Below are positions 12,385 to 27,375 of a stretch of 64,000 nucleotides of DNA, one piece after another. The notes below the pieces were generated by a model. The model did not search any database. It worked only from the letters and a program-made list of their open reading frames with translations, and was not told the DNA's origin. This DNA comes from Eledone cirrhosa (lineage: Eukaryota): the NCBI GenBank assembly GCA_964016885.1, contig OZ024743.1, positions 345,340,001 through 345,404,000 of the forward strand, in the 5' to 3' direction. Each line of letters starts with the position of its first letter. Position 1 is the first letter of the stretch. The translations under genes and the position numbers were made by a program.

Positions 12385-12779
12385 TATATATACACACACA
12401 CACACACACACATATATATAAATATTATATATATATATATATACACATATATACACATATATATACATATATACATATATACATTTATATACATATACAT
12501 ATATAGAGAGACAAACAGTTGAATTTGCCAGCGGTCGTTTAGCAAAACTTTGCATTGAACGTTGCTCCTGACCAACTAGTTGTTTAAGCTAACATCTATT
12601 ACAGCTTTAGAAATTGTATTCAGCTTGGCCGGACGCCGATCCGCACAGTCAGTGTGTAATACGTGTATTGTACACAATGTTTAGTAATTAGCTGGTCAAC
12701 TCTTCTCACTGTTATTCCGGCTGTCTGATGGCTGTAGGCCAAATTATTGTAGTCATCAGAGTGAGGAGTAAAATAATGC

Positions 12780-13260
12780 TGGTGGTTTTAGTGGATGTAG
12801 TGTTCGGTGTTCGTGATGGGTGTAGTGGTAGTATTAGTATTGGTGTGTCGATGGTGGTGGTTCTCTGTGCTGGTGGTGGAAGTGGCGTGGGTCTGTCATG
12901 TTGATGTTTTTTGTGGGGGATTATGGTGGAGGTTGTATTAGAGGTGGTGGTGTGGTAATGATGGGATACCCTTACGATGGTTGTGTGTTGGTTATTGGTT
13001 ATTTTTTTGTTGGGTGATTTTGTTTTGGTCGTTGAGGTGATTACGCTGGTGATGTTGGTGATGGTGGTGATAGTGGTGATGGATTTTATGTTGTTTTGGT
13101 TGTAATAGTGGTTTGGTTTTAGCTGGTATTTGTGGTGTTATAGGAGGTGCTGGTATTGGTTATGATTATGTCGGTATTGACGATGGTGTCTCTTGCCCGC
13201 TGTGATAGTATGATGACATTGGTTTCGGTGGTGTTCGTACTCAAGATTATAGTTGCAACA
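12780..13260. repeat. GT-rich low-complexity (decayed GTG/GTT) tract
   Basis: Directly visible composition. Confidence 0.7.
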
Positions 13261-14477
13261 ATGTTTTTTACCCTTCTTCTGGTTATTTTTTCGATTAACC
13301 ATAGATCAGACCTCATTGAGCCGAACCAAGTTCAAAGTAATTTCAAACGTGTGTATGAAGGAAGTCTTGCTTCTATTTCCAATCAAGCAACACTGTTATT
13401 GTTGTTTATTCATAAGGTAGGCTTGATTGAGCAAACCCATGAACAAAGACGTTCCCCTAGTAAACATTTTTTTCTTTTACAATGTGCACAAAACATAGCA
13501 TCACATAATCGAATAGATCTTATTTTACGGCTTTGAGGGAGAATTCGCTATTATTCTTAGCAAGTCGAATGACAACCTAAATATTCCATGTTACTGGAGA
13601 TTCGTAATAGTGCCTGCGTTGAGAATCCTTCTCGTCATTGAAGTTGTAGTTTACTGTTTAGACGGGTAAGGAAACACAGTACCCATCACTTTTTACAGCG
13701 TCCCGGAGATTAGTGGGAAAGAAGGAGAAATTTCTCCTTAAGTCGTATCCAATGTCCGCATAAAACATCTAAGTGCATGTTAAGGGTATTAAACTGGCTT
13801 GTGAATTGTCTACCAGAAAAGTAGTTGGCAGTTGGATTTGAACGGAGACTAAATGAACTGAAACAAATTACAAAATTCCTACATCCAATGCTTTAGCAAT
13901 TCTTCCAATCCGTCATCCTGGACCGGGGTGATATTTTATCAAATCCGAAGTATAAGAGATAAAATTAAATTCGGTGGGATTGAATCCAGAAGGCCCAAAG
14001 TCAAAACTGCTACCCCAACACATTGTGAGGGACAATCTAATGATTTTCAGTGGCTGTTGTTATTGATGCTGTATAATTGTAGGTCAGGGATGGTTGAGTA
14101 GACTTATCACCAGTCATTCGAATTGTCATCATCCTGACCTTTTATTTCCTCATATTATTATTGTATACCTAAGAATACCCTGGTCGTATATTTAAGAGAC
14201 TGCAGGTTGATTTGAAATAGACGATTGCTATATGTAGCACGTATAGTTAATCTCGAGATTCCTACATTAATTCGTTCTCATCACCGTCGTAATTGCTATA
14301 CTTGTTCTATTCTCTTTATTGCTAAGAACAAGCGAGTGGTAAATGTTACCGTCCACCATCGAATCTCATTCACTTCACTCTTCGTCGAAAGTAACATCTT
14401 GAAAATTACGTCATATAATCGCATTTACATTGACGACAATTTTGATTGTTTTGTAAGTAGAATAGTAACGAAATTTG

Positions 14478-14556
<79 letters not shown>
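14478..14556. repeat. (TAC)n microsatellite
   Basis: Directly visible. Confidence 0.95.
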
Positions 14557-14557
<1 letters not shown>

Positions 14558-14732
14558 ATTGTAAGCAACATTCATGATTTTAAAATAAAATGAGATGAGC
14601 AAAAAAACCACATCAATAACAAAGATGGAAAACAGATATATAAAAATAAATTACCTATATATATCTATATACAAACATACATATAATCTCTCTCTCTCTC
14701 TCTCACAATTATATATATATATATACCTACAA

Positions 14733-14763
<31 letters not shown>

Positions 14764-15279
14764 AATATATATATATATAATTAAGAGAAGAAGCCTCTGT
14801 TATCAAAATTCATATCCAACGGGTAAGAGCTCACACATACGTTAATCAGTGTGGCAAGCGACTTCGTGAGGGTATGATAGTTAATATACCCGGACCCATG
14901 CATCAGTTTCTGCGGTTCTGCTCTGCCAGTAGTATTCCAAATGGAGCTACGTAATTTGGCATGAGACCGAGTCGTCAACGGGAGTTTGGCACCTGTAATG
15001 GAAATACCAAAGTTGCATGCCACTACCTTCAGTTGCTGAAGCAAGTGACTGTAGTAGTTTACAACTTCTAGTGACGCGTGACGTCTCATCAAAGGGAAGA
15101 TAGGCGGGGCAGGACCATTTACAGGAACACACGTTGGCAAATTATTCACACTGAAAAAATATATGTCGATTGCCAAATGCACTATAACAGGGTGCTTTTA
15201 AATAGAAAACAAAGACAATACAGCAAACAATGAATAAATCGAACTAGAAACACACACACATCACACACAAACACACACT

Positions 15280-15366
<87 letters not shown>

Positions 15367-15374
<8 letters not shown>

Positions 15375-15730
15375 GTGAGGTGTTTTTACAAAATGAAAAA
15401 TAACCGAGGTGTCCTACACGAGTGAAAGTATAAAGAAAAAAATATGAAATCGAAAATGCATCTGGAGTAATATTTTTTTTAAAATATAGATATTTATTTG
15501 GTTCCTTTACCGGTTTCGCAGTTCATCTGCTTTTCAAAAATAGATTTGAGATGGAGGGTCTGTGGTTTTTCTCACATCTGGTTGGTCTCTGAATGTTACT
15601 TGTTTTATATGGAAAAAAGTGGCTCGAAATGCCAGGTTTTTAGAGAAGTAATTTGATTGGTTGGTCAATAATTATAATAAATTTCGCGCCAGTTCGCGTT
15701 ACAAAGTTCTTCAAACAAGGGGGGGGGGGC
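15367..15730 (-). mobile_element. PLE-type pLTR remnant with HHR (related to 6288-6490)
   Basis: Shares tttaccggtt.cgca...tgcttttcaaaaata..tttgagat with the 6.4-kb copy and abuts (TA)n. Confidence 0.6.
15504..15540 (-). ncRNA. Minimal hammerhead ribozyme motif, U3-A8 compensatory variant
   Basis: ttt-TTGAAAA-gcag-atgaa-ctgc-GAAA-ccgg-TA-aagg with palindromic stem III ACCGGT. Confidence 0.7.
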
Positions 15731-15894
15731 ACAGGTTGCTTTTTTCATATATGAGTGTTTGAATTTCTTTTTACTTATATATATATATATATATATATAA
15801 AAGGAACGAAAAGGAACGATCGACTTTCTACAAATCGGACCGAGGATACAACGTTTCCATTGGTCTTTCCAATTGCCAATACTATCTATCGGTC

Positions 15895-16031
15895 GCAACT
15901 CCAGGTAGAAGGAGCAACGTGTAATAAAGTGTCTTGCTCAAGGACATAACGCATCGCCAGGTCAGGGAATCTAACTCACAACCTCACGATTGCGAGTCCG
16001 ATTTTCTAAACATTCAGCCACACGCCTTCAC
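15895..16031 (-). mobile_element. tRNA-derived CORE-like SINE (family B), 5' part
   Basis: Minus strand tgaaggcgtgtggct...ttgtgagttagattccc...tccttgagcaagacacttt matches 23161-23496. Confidence 0.8.
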
Positions 16032-16101
16032 ACATTTTGAAAGGAATGTCCAAATTTTACGTGAGGTATTAAAATCAGAGTGTGAGAGTATTGTTGTTTT
16101 A

Positions 16102-16189
<88 letters not shown>

Positions 16190-16642
16190 TTAACCGACAC
16201 AAAGTTAAACTAGGATACTCCTGCGCTAAGAACACGAAGGCCCACATCACCAGCAGCCCTAGGAGCAACACCCCACCAGGGTGCTCTTGCCGTAAGCCTG
16301 AAGCTTGCCTCCTTCAACAGCAATGCAACACACCAGCTGTAATCTATGAAGCTGTGGTCACTTCCAACCGACCAAATGAACCACAGGACGTCAAATCCTA
16401 TGTGGGCATGGCGGAGGGCCGATTCAAGGAGCGTTTCCTGAACCACCAGTCTACCTTCAGATACCTGGACAGACGTTCATGCAGGAAACTCGTGAGTCAC
16501 GTATGGTCCCTCAAGGTGCTTTTGTACAAACATGTTCTAACAGTCTGTATTCTCCTTTGTAATCCTTTCATATATATATATATATATATATATATTATGA
16601 AAATAAAACAAAGAAGCCTTCAATACATCAAAAGTCTTTATT

Positions 16643-16682
16643 AGCCAACAATGTTTCGTCATATTAAGGACTCATCAGGGCA
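16643..16682 (-). ncRNA. Minimal type I hammerhead ribozyme motif (canonical core) in a nested short element
   Basis: gcc-CTGATGA-gtc-cttaatat-gac-GAAA-cattg-TT-ggc, followed by aataaa. Confidence 0.82.
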
Positions 16683-16741
16683 ATTAAAACTACAAGAAGC
16701 ACTATCGGCCAATACAAGCCAACACGCTCCAGTATTTTAAT

Positions 16742-16790
<49 letters not shown>

Positions 16791-17362
16791 AATATACAGA
16801 CAATCTCTCTCTCACACACACACACATATATATGTGTGTGTGTGTGTATATCTGTATATATATATATACATACATATATATATATACATATATATATACA
16901 TATATATATACACACACACATATATATATATAAATATATATATATACATATATATATTATAGGGTATATATATAAGTATAGGGTACTCCATTCAATGGAA
17001 AGCCATCACTAAGTCCAAGCCATACGCAAGAGGAAATCCGACGTGTGGCTTATGTATTGACGAACGAATAACTATCCTAAAAAGATTACGCAATAGTGAT
17101 TGCCTAAACACGAGAAGTGAATTTTTCACACGTGTCCACACGTCACCAAACATCTATTGCATAACTACAAGGCTCCGGACTGATTCTTTGTAATTTTTAT
17201 TTTTATTTTTTTTTATTTTCAACCCCAAAACTTTCCGGACTTCCGCAGTTATCTCCCTTACACCCCCCACACGCAGTCTACTATTGCCTGTGTGAAGTGA
17301 CCGAGTTTCTGAGCATGCGCGTTCGTACGGTTGTCCTTCCTGTTCCTATAACTATATACATC

Positions 17363-17402
17363 CCGAGCTGAAGATCCGCGAAGGTGAAACAATTGTTCTC
17401 GG
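17363..17402 (+). ncRNA. Minimal type I hammerhead ribozyme motif of the PLE pLTR
   Basis: ccgag-CTGAAGA-tcc-gcgaa-ggt-GAAA-caattg-TT-ctcgg: perfect 5-bp stem I and palindromic AACAATTGTT stem III. Confidence 0.88.
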
Positions 17403-17499
17403 TATGGTGAACTAACTGTTGTGTAACCACTTCTACCTAACTCGTCCCTTGGACTGAGTGCTCTACCACTACGGATATTACCTTCCAGTGTTCCACCAC

Positions 17500-17530
<31 letters not shown>

Positions 17531-17889
17531 GTGTGTGTAATAAAAAAAAAATACACTCACACTCATACTTTCGTAAGTAATAACTCACGTAAAATTTTGA
17601 CATTCATTTTAAAATGTGCTTTAAGGATACATAACATTGAAATTAATCTGTCATAGAAACCATAACATTTGAAAATGCCTTCTGTTAGAATCCTTTTTGG
17701 TTTTTATTATGTATTTTGTTAGATATTTTACTTCAATATTCATATATTGTTATTTATCATATTCATATCTCAGCATAAGCAGAATTTAAAATTCGGCATA
17801 AAATACTATATATATAGAGGTATACATGAATATATATATAAGGTATAAAAAGGAAGAATGAGAGATGCATACTTGCATACATTGCATTT

Positions 17890-18065
17890 TAACAGGGGAA
17901 GTTGCCTGAAAGACAATGTTATTTATAGGTGCACTGTAATAGCGTCAAACATTATATAGGGGCCACCTCTGGCTCGTTGAAAACTAGATTTCGAACGCGT
18001 CTCCACTCTTTTAGAAACAGGAAGCTACGGTACTCCAACATCAGCTTCTCCACATACTGGCAAAT
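17890..18065 (+). pseudogene. Penelope-like GIY-YIG fragment (different family)
   Basis: [10 protein letters not shown] / [20 protein letters not shown]. Confidence 0.7.
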
Positions 18066-18085
18066 TGTATATATATATATATATA

Positions 18086-18226
<141 letters not shown>

Positions 18227-18228
18227 AT

Positions 18229-18771
18229 CTAAGGCGGGTAAAATTCCCGAGATCCATGGACGAGTTCTCTCCAGCGGTCTCTGTCCCTCATTATCGCTGC
18301 CATGTCCTGCGTCTCCAACAGACCAGTGTCTCTCCTTAGGGCATCAACATACGTTAACCTTGGTCTTCCTCTTCTAGTGTGTCCATGTAGGGGCTCCCAA
18401 AGGAGCACTGAGTGCAATGTCAACTCTGGATGTCGGTGAGCATGTCCAGCTAACCACAGTCTCCTCTGTGTCACTTTTGAGCTGACTTTTGTGATGCTCC
18501 CATACAGCTCTGAGTTTTTCATCCTCAGTGTATACTGATTAATGTTCAGAGCCATCCTCAACATTTTCGTGTGGCACCCATCCACCATCTGAGTGAATTT
18601 CTTGGTCAGTGTCCAAGTCTCAGACCCATAGTGCAGCATACGGAAGATGATGTGGTTGGGAGGAAGAGCAAGGCCTGGGCGGCGTGCCACAGCTTCAGAA
18701 CGGTGTGGAAGTCGGACCTTCGTAGAGACCTGAAAGTCCACCTCTTCATTGCTGTAGTGGAGTCTGTGCTG

Positions 18772-18776
<5 letters not shown>
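18229..18776 (-). mobile_element. 5'-truncated RTE-X/RTE-like LINE 3' end with an inverted 5' segment
   Basis: Minus strand [36 protein letters not shown]. Plus strand 18638-18776 encodes the immediately upstream peptide [19 protein letters not shown]...VESVLLY. Confidence 0.9.
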
Positions 18777-20915
<2,139 letters not shown>

Positions 20916-21543
20916 AGAGTTACATGAAGGAATGTGTATAATTTGACGGATAAAATTTTTGAAATAAAGATTTTGTGAATGATTGCAATAAACAGTGTGA
21001 AATAACTTAAGATTCCCTTGTATAATTTTTTACTTTGAAATATATGAGTTAATTTCATTTTTTATTATTATTATTATCATATCACCATCTTTAGTCAATG
21101 GCTTGGTAACTAATTTATGTGAAGGGAATATATTTTCCAAAAATTTCATAGTAAAATGTTGATCTTTTTCCTTTTTTTTTCTTTTTGTAGATTTGTGAAA
21201 ATTTTTGCTGACTGATAGAAATAAAAATCTGAGAGAGAAATTCTTCAAGATTTCCTGGAGCTACGCAGTGTTCCGTTGCTGAGATATTCTCCATTTTTCT
21301 GTAGGATTCCTTGCATATGAATGTATACTTGCATACTTAAGTATAACAATCTAAATGCACAAATCCAGTTACGCATCAAATACTTAAGCACACTATAAAC
21401 ACACGATATAACCATGAACGAATATATTCGACCAATGCTGAGCTTGATACCCCACACGCAAAATTTTGACATGATGATGAATGCATTATATCGCGTACAC
21501 ACGGTTATACATTGATGCAAACAAATACACACACATACACACA

Positions 21544-21614
<71 letters not shown>

Positions 21615-21615
<1 letters not shown>

Positions 21616-22183
21616 ATACAATAACAGAGATAGTTTAAAGCTAAACTCTGACTGGTAACCATCTCACTCAACAAACATTAGGTTATATTAAAATATAAAC
21701 CCAATTTAAGTGTTTGGGGTGCTAACAATATGTATAATGTGGAAAAACCAGTTGTATTATTTTATGAGATATAATTAAAGTTAAAGTAGATCTCTCTTTC
21801 CAAACAATTGTTTCATTATAAGTTTTCTATAAGTTTGGGAGAATGTTTCCAGTTTATGTAGAAGCCTAATATATATTCATGTAAGAATATATTTAAGTCG
21901 GCACTTATAAATCATCAGTGGAAGCCCATTAAACATTGATATAAGAAAACAATTTCTTAACGCTGTCAAAAATCATGTCCGTAAATTTGCTCTCTCTCAC
22001 CACGAATGACCGCCAAATTTGAAATTCCAGCAGTTTTTGACTGAGGAAGTATCATAGCGACACGAAGCGGGAAGGGGAGACAACCCACGATCCACGAAAT
22101 GAGGGAAAAAAAATAATAATATACACGCGGGTTAATTAGTTTTTTTGAAAACATTATCAATCCAACGTGTTTAAGAACTCAAT

Positions 22184-22185
<2 letters not shown>
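21615..22185 (-). mobile_element. Non-coding PLE-type pLTR element between TA microsatellites
   Basis: Contains the long-loop HHR, is bounded by (TA)n on both sides and has no ORF. Confidence 0.55.
21798..21923 (-). ncRNA. Hammerhead ribozyme motif with ~80-nt insertion in loop II
   Basis: ttcca-CTGATGA-t-ttataagt-[~80 nt including the aatatattc/gaatatatt hairpin]-acttataa-t-GAAA-caattg-TT-tggaa. Confidence 0.8.
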
Positions 22186-22219
<34 letters not shown>

Positions 22220-22226
<7 letters not shown>

Positions 22227-22645
22227 TAAAAGGAATTCCAACTTTGTCTGATTTACTCGTTTTATTTACAATCTTTAAAATTTATAATGGTATTAGAATG
22301 AAATAGTATGGTAGAATATTAAATGTTAAGTGTTAATTGAGCAAGTACTTTCATGCTTTCGCAATCTTCAGGTTCATATTCTGTGGTGACAGTCAAGTTT
22401 GACACAGTGGTGACACAATTGAAAATTGCAAACTTGACTGACACCACAGAATATGAACCTGAAGATTGCGAAAGCATGAAAGTACTTGCTCAATTAACAC
22501 TTAACATTTAATATTCTACCATACTATTTCATTTTAATATCATTATAATTTTAAAGGATTGTAAATAAAACGTGTAAATCAGACAAAGTTGGAATACCTT
22601 TTATTAATATAATCTTCTATACACAATCATATACACTCGTGTATA
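22220..22645. mobile_element. Palindromic PLE-type element (~182-bp arms, 27-nt spacer) with an HHR in each arm
   Basis: 22220-22401 is inverted against 22429-22610, with a ~35-bp tail on the right only. Confidence 0.85.
22454..22492 (+). ncRNA. Minimal hammerhead ribozyme motif (mirror copy at ~22338-22376, minus strand)
   Basis: tgaac-CTGAAGA-t-tgc-gaaa-gca-t-GAAA-gtac-TT-gctca with palindromic AAGTACTT stem III. Confidence 0.75.
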
Positions 22646-22666
22646 TTTATCTATATATATATATCT

Positions 22667-22718
22667 AACCCATGCTAGCGTGGAAGAACAGACGTAAAAC
22701 GGTGATGATGATGATGAT
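22667..22718 (+). mobile_element. SINE/RTE-type 3' tail remnant
   Basis: aacccatgctagcgtggaagaacagacgtaaaacg followed by a (TGA)n tail. Confidence 0.55.
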
Positions 22719-22726
22719 ATCTCTCT

Positions 22727-22765
<39 letters not shown>

Positions 22766-22934
22766 AGAATAGAAATGGCTGTGTAGTTGCTATTTAAGGT
22801 AACTTAAAATGCAGTGGGAATACGAAGAAAGCAAGAACGGGGGGTGAGGGGGAGTTTTCTTCATCAGTTGTCTACTGGGGTCTCTGATATTTCTACGCTT
22901 TAAATATATATAGACATATATATATATATATATA

Positions 22935-23066
<132 letters not shown>

Positions 23067-23085
23067 CAACAACAACGGCATACCG

Positions 23086-23152
<67 letters not shown>

Positions 23153-23160
23153 TATACCAT

Positions 23161-23496
23161 GTGAAGGTGCCTGGTCTAGTATTTATAGCATTGGACTTGC
23201 AATCGAAAGGTTGTGAGTTCGATTATCAGGCTGGGTGATGCGTTGTCCTTAAGCAAGACACTTCATTTCACGTTACTCCAGTTTACTCAGCTGTAGAAAT
23301 GAGTTTCGACGTCATTGGTGCCAAGCTGTATTGGCCATAGCCTTTCCCTAGGACCTCATTGGTGGCGTGGAGAGGGGAGACTGGTATGCATGGGCGTCTA
23401 TTGGTCTTCCACAAACAAACTTGCCTGGACTTGTGCCTCGGAGGAAAACTTTCTAGGTGCAAATCCCATGGTCATTCGTGACCGAAGGGGGTCTTA
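23161..23496 (+). mobile_element. Full-length tRNA-derived CORE-like SINE (family B)
   Basis: tRNA-like head with gagttcgatt B box, gtccttaagcaagacactt CORE-like segment and LINE-like tail. Confidence 0.82.
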
Positions 23497-24039
23497 GATA
23501 TATATAGTTTATATGATGTAATGTGAGATATGTAGTAACTGAAGGGGAATTCATAAAACCGGTACAATGAGGTAGAAATATATTAAGAGCAAAGTATTAG
23601 AAATAAAACAAAACAAAGTAATGTTTTATTTTCACCCTGTATATTTTAACATGATATTTCAGGGTTAGGATTCTCTCTTCAAATACAAAAGAACAACGAA
23701 TAACTCTACATTCTTCCTTAATTGGCCCGGACGTGTGGATTGTCCATACGTGGAGCTCACAGATAAGCTCTCAAAATCACAACTAATGTGTCCCACCTAC
23801 CCTCAGTGATACTTTTAGGCAGACTGCCACCCAAAGCTGGCGAGTTTTATCTACTTGGGACAATTGGATTTAAGGTGCCAGTACCACAACTTAGCCTCTT
23901 TTCCTGGTCAGTTCCAAACACTATCAAATGTATGATTTCAACCTCTACCGGCAAGATATGAAGGGTGATGTATATATACCAAGTTGGTTGACATTAGCAG
24001 AAAAAAAAATATTAGTTCCTAAAAACAAGAAAGCGACTT

Positions 24040-26040
24040 GGCAAAAATTACTCTTGGATGCTAGAGGCCTTCTGACTTGATACCATTACCAGAGTCATAG
24101 AGAACGTATCTTCAACCTGGCCCACTATCTTGAAGTTAAATACAGACAAAGTGGATCTACCCCCTCCCTCCCAGTCTGCAGTGGGGGCTGCTCTGAAATG
24201 CGTAATAAAGGACATATAATGCTTAGTAAGGACCAGAGAGTTTGGCACCATCTCGGTGCTGTTCAAAGCCGAGACTCTTGGCATTAAAATTCGGAGGCTA
24301 CGTGTAGAACAAACCAAACTATAATGTACCCGTCTCACAGGATAAAGATTCAGGTTCGAGGAAGGTACTGATGGTACTTCCATAGACGTAAGAAAAACCT
24401 CAAGAAAGGATTGGTCTGGAATGGATTTGGAGATTCTTCTCAAATCAAACCGGACGGACTCACAAATATCCCGAAACATGTTCGCATTCAGCACGGGTAC
24501 AGCATAGAAGTGATAACCGAGGGCAGAAGATCACACTGTTTCGTCTGCAGCGAAGGAACATTTCTACAAGACTTCTCTCCTCACCTTAAAAATGCAGAAG
24601 GCTGCAAACCTCCATTGCTGTAAAGACCGGTATCGGGACGTAAAACGCCACGCACAACAACGCCACCACCAGCCCCCGCAACAGAAGCAGTAGTTAAACC
24701 ACCACCAACAACAGAATCAACCCAAGAGGAAAGCGAGGAAAGCTCTCCAACTCTCTCTTCCCATCACCAAACAAAGAGACACATAAACACCCACACAAAC
24801 ACATCTGAAAGTGACATACATACCTCGTCTTGTAGCGAATGCACTAACACAGCGAGGAAAAATTCAGAAACGCAAAGAAAATACAAAAGAAACTCAAACA
24901 CCACACACAACAACAGAAGATGCAGACATCACACACGCAACAAATGCAGAAACAGCCACAACACCAACACTACCAGTACCACAGTCACCCAAACCAGAAG
25001 AAACACAACCACTATAAAAGAGCACATAAAATGTCGAATTTTGCATTGTAGGAGATGAGGTGCGTGCTTAAGAATTGAAGGAATGAAGGCTATTCGATGG
25101 GCTCGTATGACGAAGGTGCAGCGTTTTAACAAAACAATATGATGGGTGGTCGAAAAACGTAGCCGACTGCAGTTCCTACCCCGACGGCCTGCCGTGTCTC
25201 TCACTAGCCGATGCTCACTGCTGCGAAAGGGAGTATTCCCAATTCTGTGAGCCGGAGCGTAGTAACGTTGATGAGGGAAGTCGAGAACAAGAGGGACACA
25301 TTAGACAATTTCAGACATATAACTCTGCTAAGCAGAGAATTTAAGATTTTGGCCACGGTGTTAGTGAAGAGGTATGCATTTGTCGTCGAGGTTTGATAGG
25401 GGAGGCTCAAACATATGCAATTCCGACAAAATCCATACACGACAACCTCCACCCTATGCGATACATCATAGATACGTTAGGGTGTAAACATACCTTTGGT
25501 GTGGATATGATCAATTTAGATAAATCGAAAGCTTTCTATGGGGTCGACCATTGATACCTGGAGGTTGTCATCAAGGCGGCTGGCTTCGGTCCCAACTTCA
25601 AAGCCTGGATCGTTGAAATGCACAGCGGCATTTGCTCAGTGGTGAAAGTAAACGGCGAACTTTGGGAACCATTTCAGATTACGGGAACGATTCGTCAAGG
25701 GTTTCCTCCCGTCTGTACGTATTGACACTCGTGCCTTAACTGCGCATTCTTGAGCTATTGCAGGGCCACCGGCTCGGACGGGGCTGTGGATGAGCTGTGT
25801 CGGCATATGCAAATGGCATACCCTTGGTGCTGTCGAATACCTCGGATATCGAGGTGGTAGGCACCTTCTCAGAGGAGTATGAAATGTTGACAAGAACAGA
25901 ACTGAACGCTGAAAAGTCGGTATGTTTGCAGCTCGGAACCTAGGGAGGCAAATCTATGCGGTTTAAAAGCGTCGTCGGACTCTGTACGGACAGATCAGTG
26001 AAGTTCCTCGGGGCCTGGATCGGACCAGACCTCCTGGTGG
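24040..26040 (+). mobile_element. Degenerate L1/Tx1-clade LINE (ORF1 remnant joined to RT; endonuclease not recognisable)
   Basis: Zn-knuckle remnant CFVC, then a Thr/Pro-rich stretch, then RT motifs NFRHITLLSREFKILA, QTYAIP..SIHDNL, LDKSKAF..VDH, GFGPNF..W and VKVNG..IRQG, with stops and frameshifts. Confidence 0.85.
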
Positions 26041-26059
26041 ATAATAGCTAGATCATATA

Positions 26060-26535
26060 TGTAAACACCCATAGTCCCTGTCTCGGCGTTGTGCCTATAG
26101 TAGAAACAATTATTATCATTATTTGGATTGGCAGAATCGGCAGAGCGCCAGACAAACTGCTTTGCGGTTTTTGTTCCGATATCTTCTGAGTTCAAATCCC
26201 ACTGAGTTTAGCTTTGCCTTTCATCCTTACGGGTTCGATAAAATAAAGTACCAGTCATGCACAGAGGTGAAGATAATAGACATTCCCTAACCCCCAAAAT
26301 TGCTGGCATTGTGCCAATAGTAAAAATCATCATGATTTTATTGCCAGAAACAATTATTATTTTATTGGCAATATCGGTAGAGGGTCGGACACCATAGAGT
26401 TACGGCTCTTTATGATCTGAGTTCAAATCCCGCCGAAGTTAACTTTGCCTTTCATCCTTACGGGTCGATAAAATAAAGTACCAGTAATAAACTGGGGAAA
26501 TTGCTGGCCTTGTGCTAAACGTAGAAACAATTATT
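26060..26535 (+). mobile_element. Tandem cluster of family A SINEs (tail remnant plus two copies)
   Basis: Tail at ~26080-26114 and copies at ~26124-26326 and ~26364-26535. Confidence 0.85.
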
Positions 26536-27061
26536 TTTATTTTTATCTGTATTTTTATTCTACTTTACTTGGTTTGCTTCCGACGGTGTTTTGTTTTTGT
26601 TTACTCTGACTTTGTTTCGCTTTTGTTTCGCAGTATTTTATTAAAACAATTATTTGTCATATCATGTCTTCTTATTCTCTCATTTCCATTTCAGCTGAGG
26701 TAGAGTATTGTAGGGTAGTGTAGGGTTTGGTGAAGTGTAAGCAGAGCTGTTGTGTACAGTGGTATCATACGATGTGGTGTGGTGTGACAAGGCTTAACAA
26801 TCTAGTGTTAAGTAATGTGGCAAGGGATATAGTTGTTTAAGAGTATAGTGAATTTCAATACAAGAGGGAATAGCCACAATAGAAGAGTGGTAAGGTTTGG
26901 GGTGAGCGGTGTGACAAACTGGACAAAATACGGTGTATGTGACACGCACTCAGAAATGTATATATACATATACATACATACATGCATACACGCATACACG
27001 CATACACATATATATGCATACACACACACGCACACTCATACACACACATACACACATATAG

Positions 27062-27102
<41 letters not shown>

Positions 27103-27154
27103 TATATACTTATATACGTATGTATATAAATATATATACTTACATATATATAAA

Positions 27155-27276
<122 letters not shown>

Positions 27277-27282
27277 CGTACA

Positions 27283-27326
<44 letters not shown>

Positions 27327-27333
27327 TATATAC

Positions 27334-27375
<42 letters not shown>

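Larger units (their letters stand above)
16190..17500 (+). mobile_element. Penelope-like element 3' half (GIY-YIG plus pLTR with HHR), split by an insertion at ~16517-16980
   Basis: KVKLGYSC..CSCRKPEAC..VIYEAVV..YVGMAEGRFKERFLNH..HVWSLK, resuming at ~16984 as YSIQWK..PY..CGLCIDE..LNTRSE..CPH. A 3' non-coding region with an HHR follows. Confidence 0.9.

Noticed and set aside
13290-14230. Very old SINE-like remnants (also ~37900-38090)
   Set aside because: Too degenerate to give reliable boundaries or family by eye.
22770-22900. CTGATGA on the minus strand as a hammerhead
   Set aside because: No downstream GAAA/NUH in a compatible geometry.
23530-23690. Two hammerhead-like strings (ctgaagg..aaaaccggta; ttgaaga..gaaatatcatgtt)
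   Set aside because: Multiple core mismatches and no convincing stems I/II; possibly decayed but not supportable.
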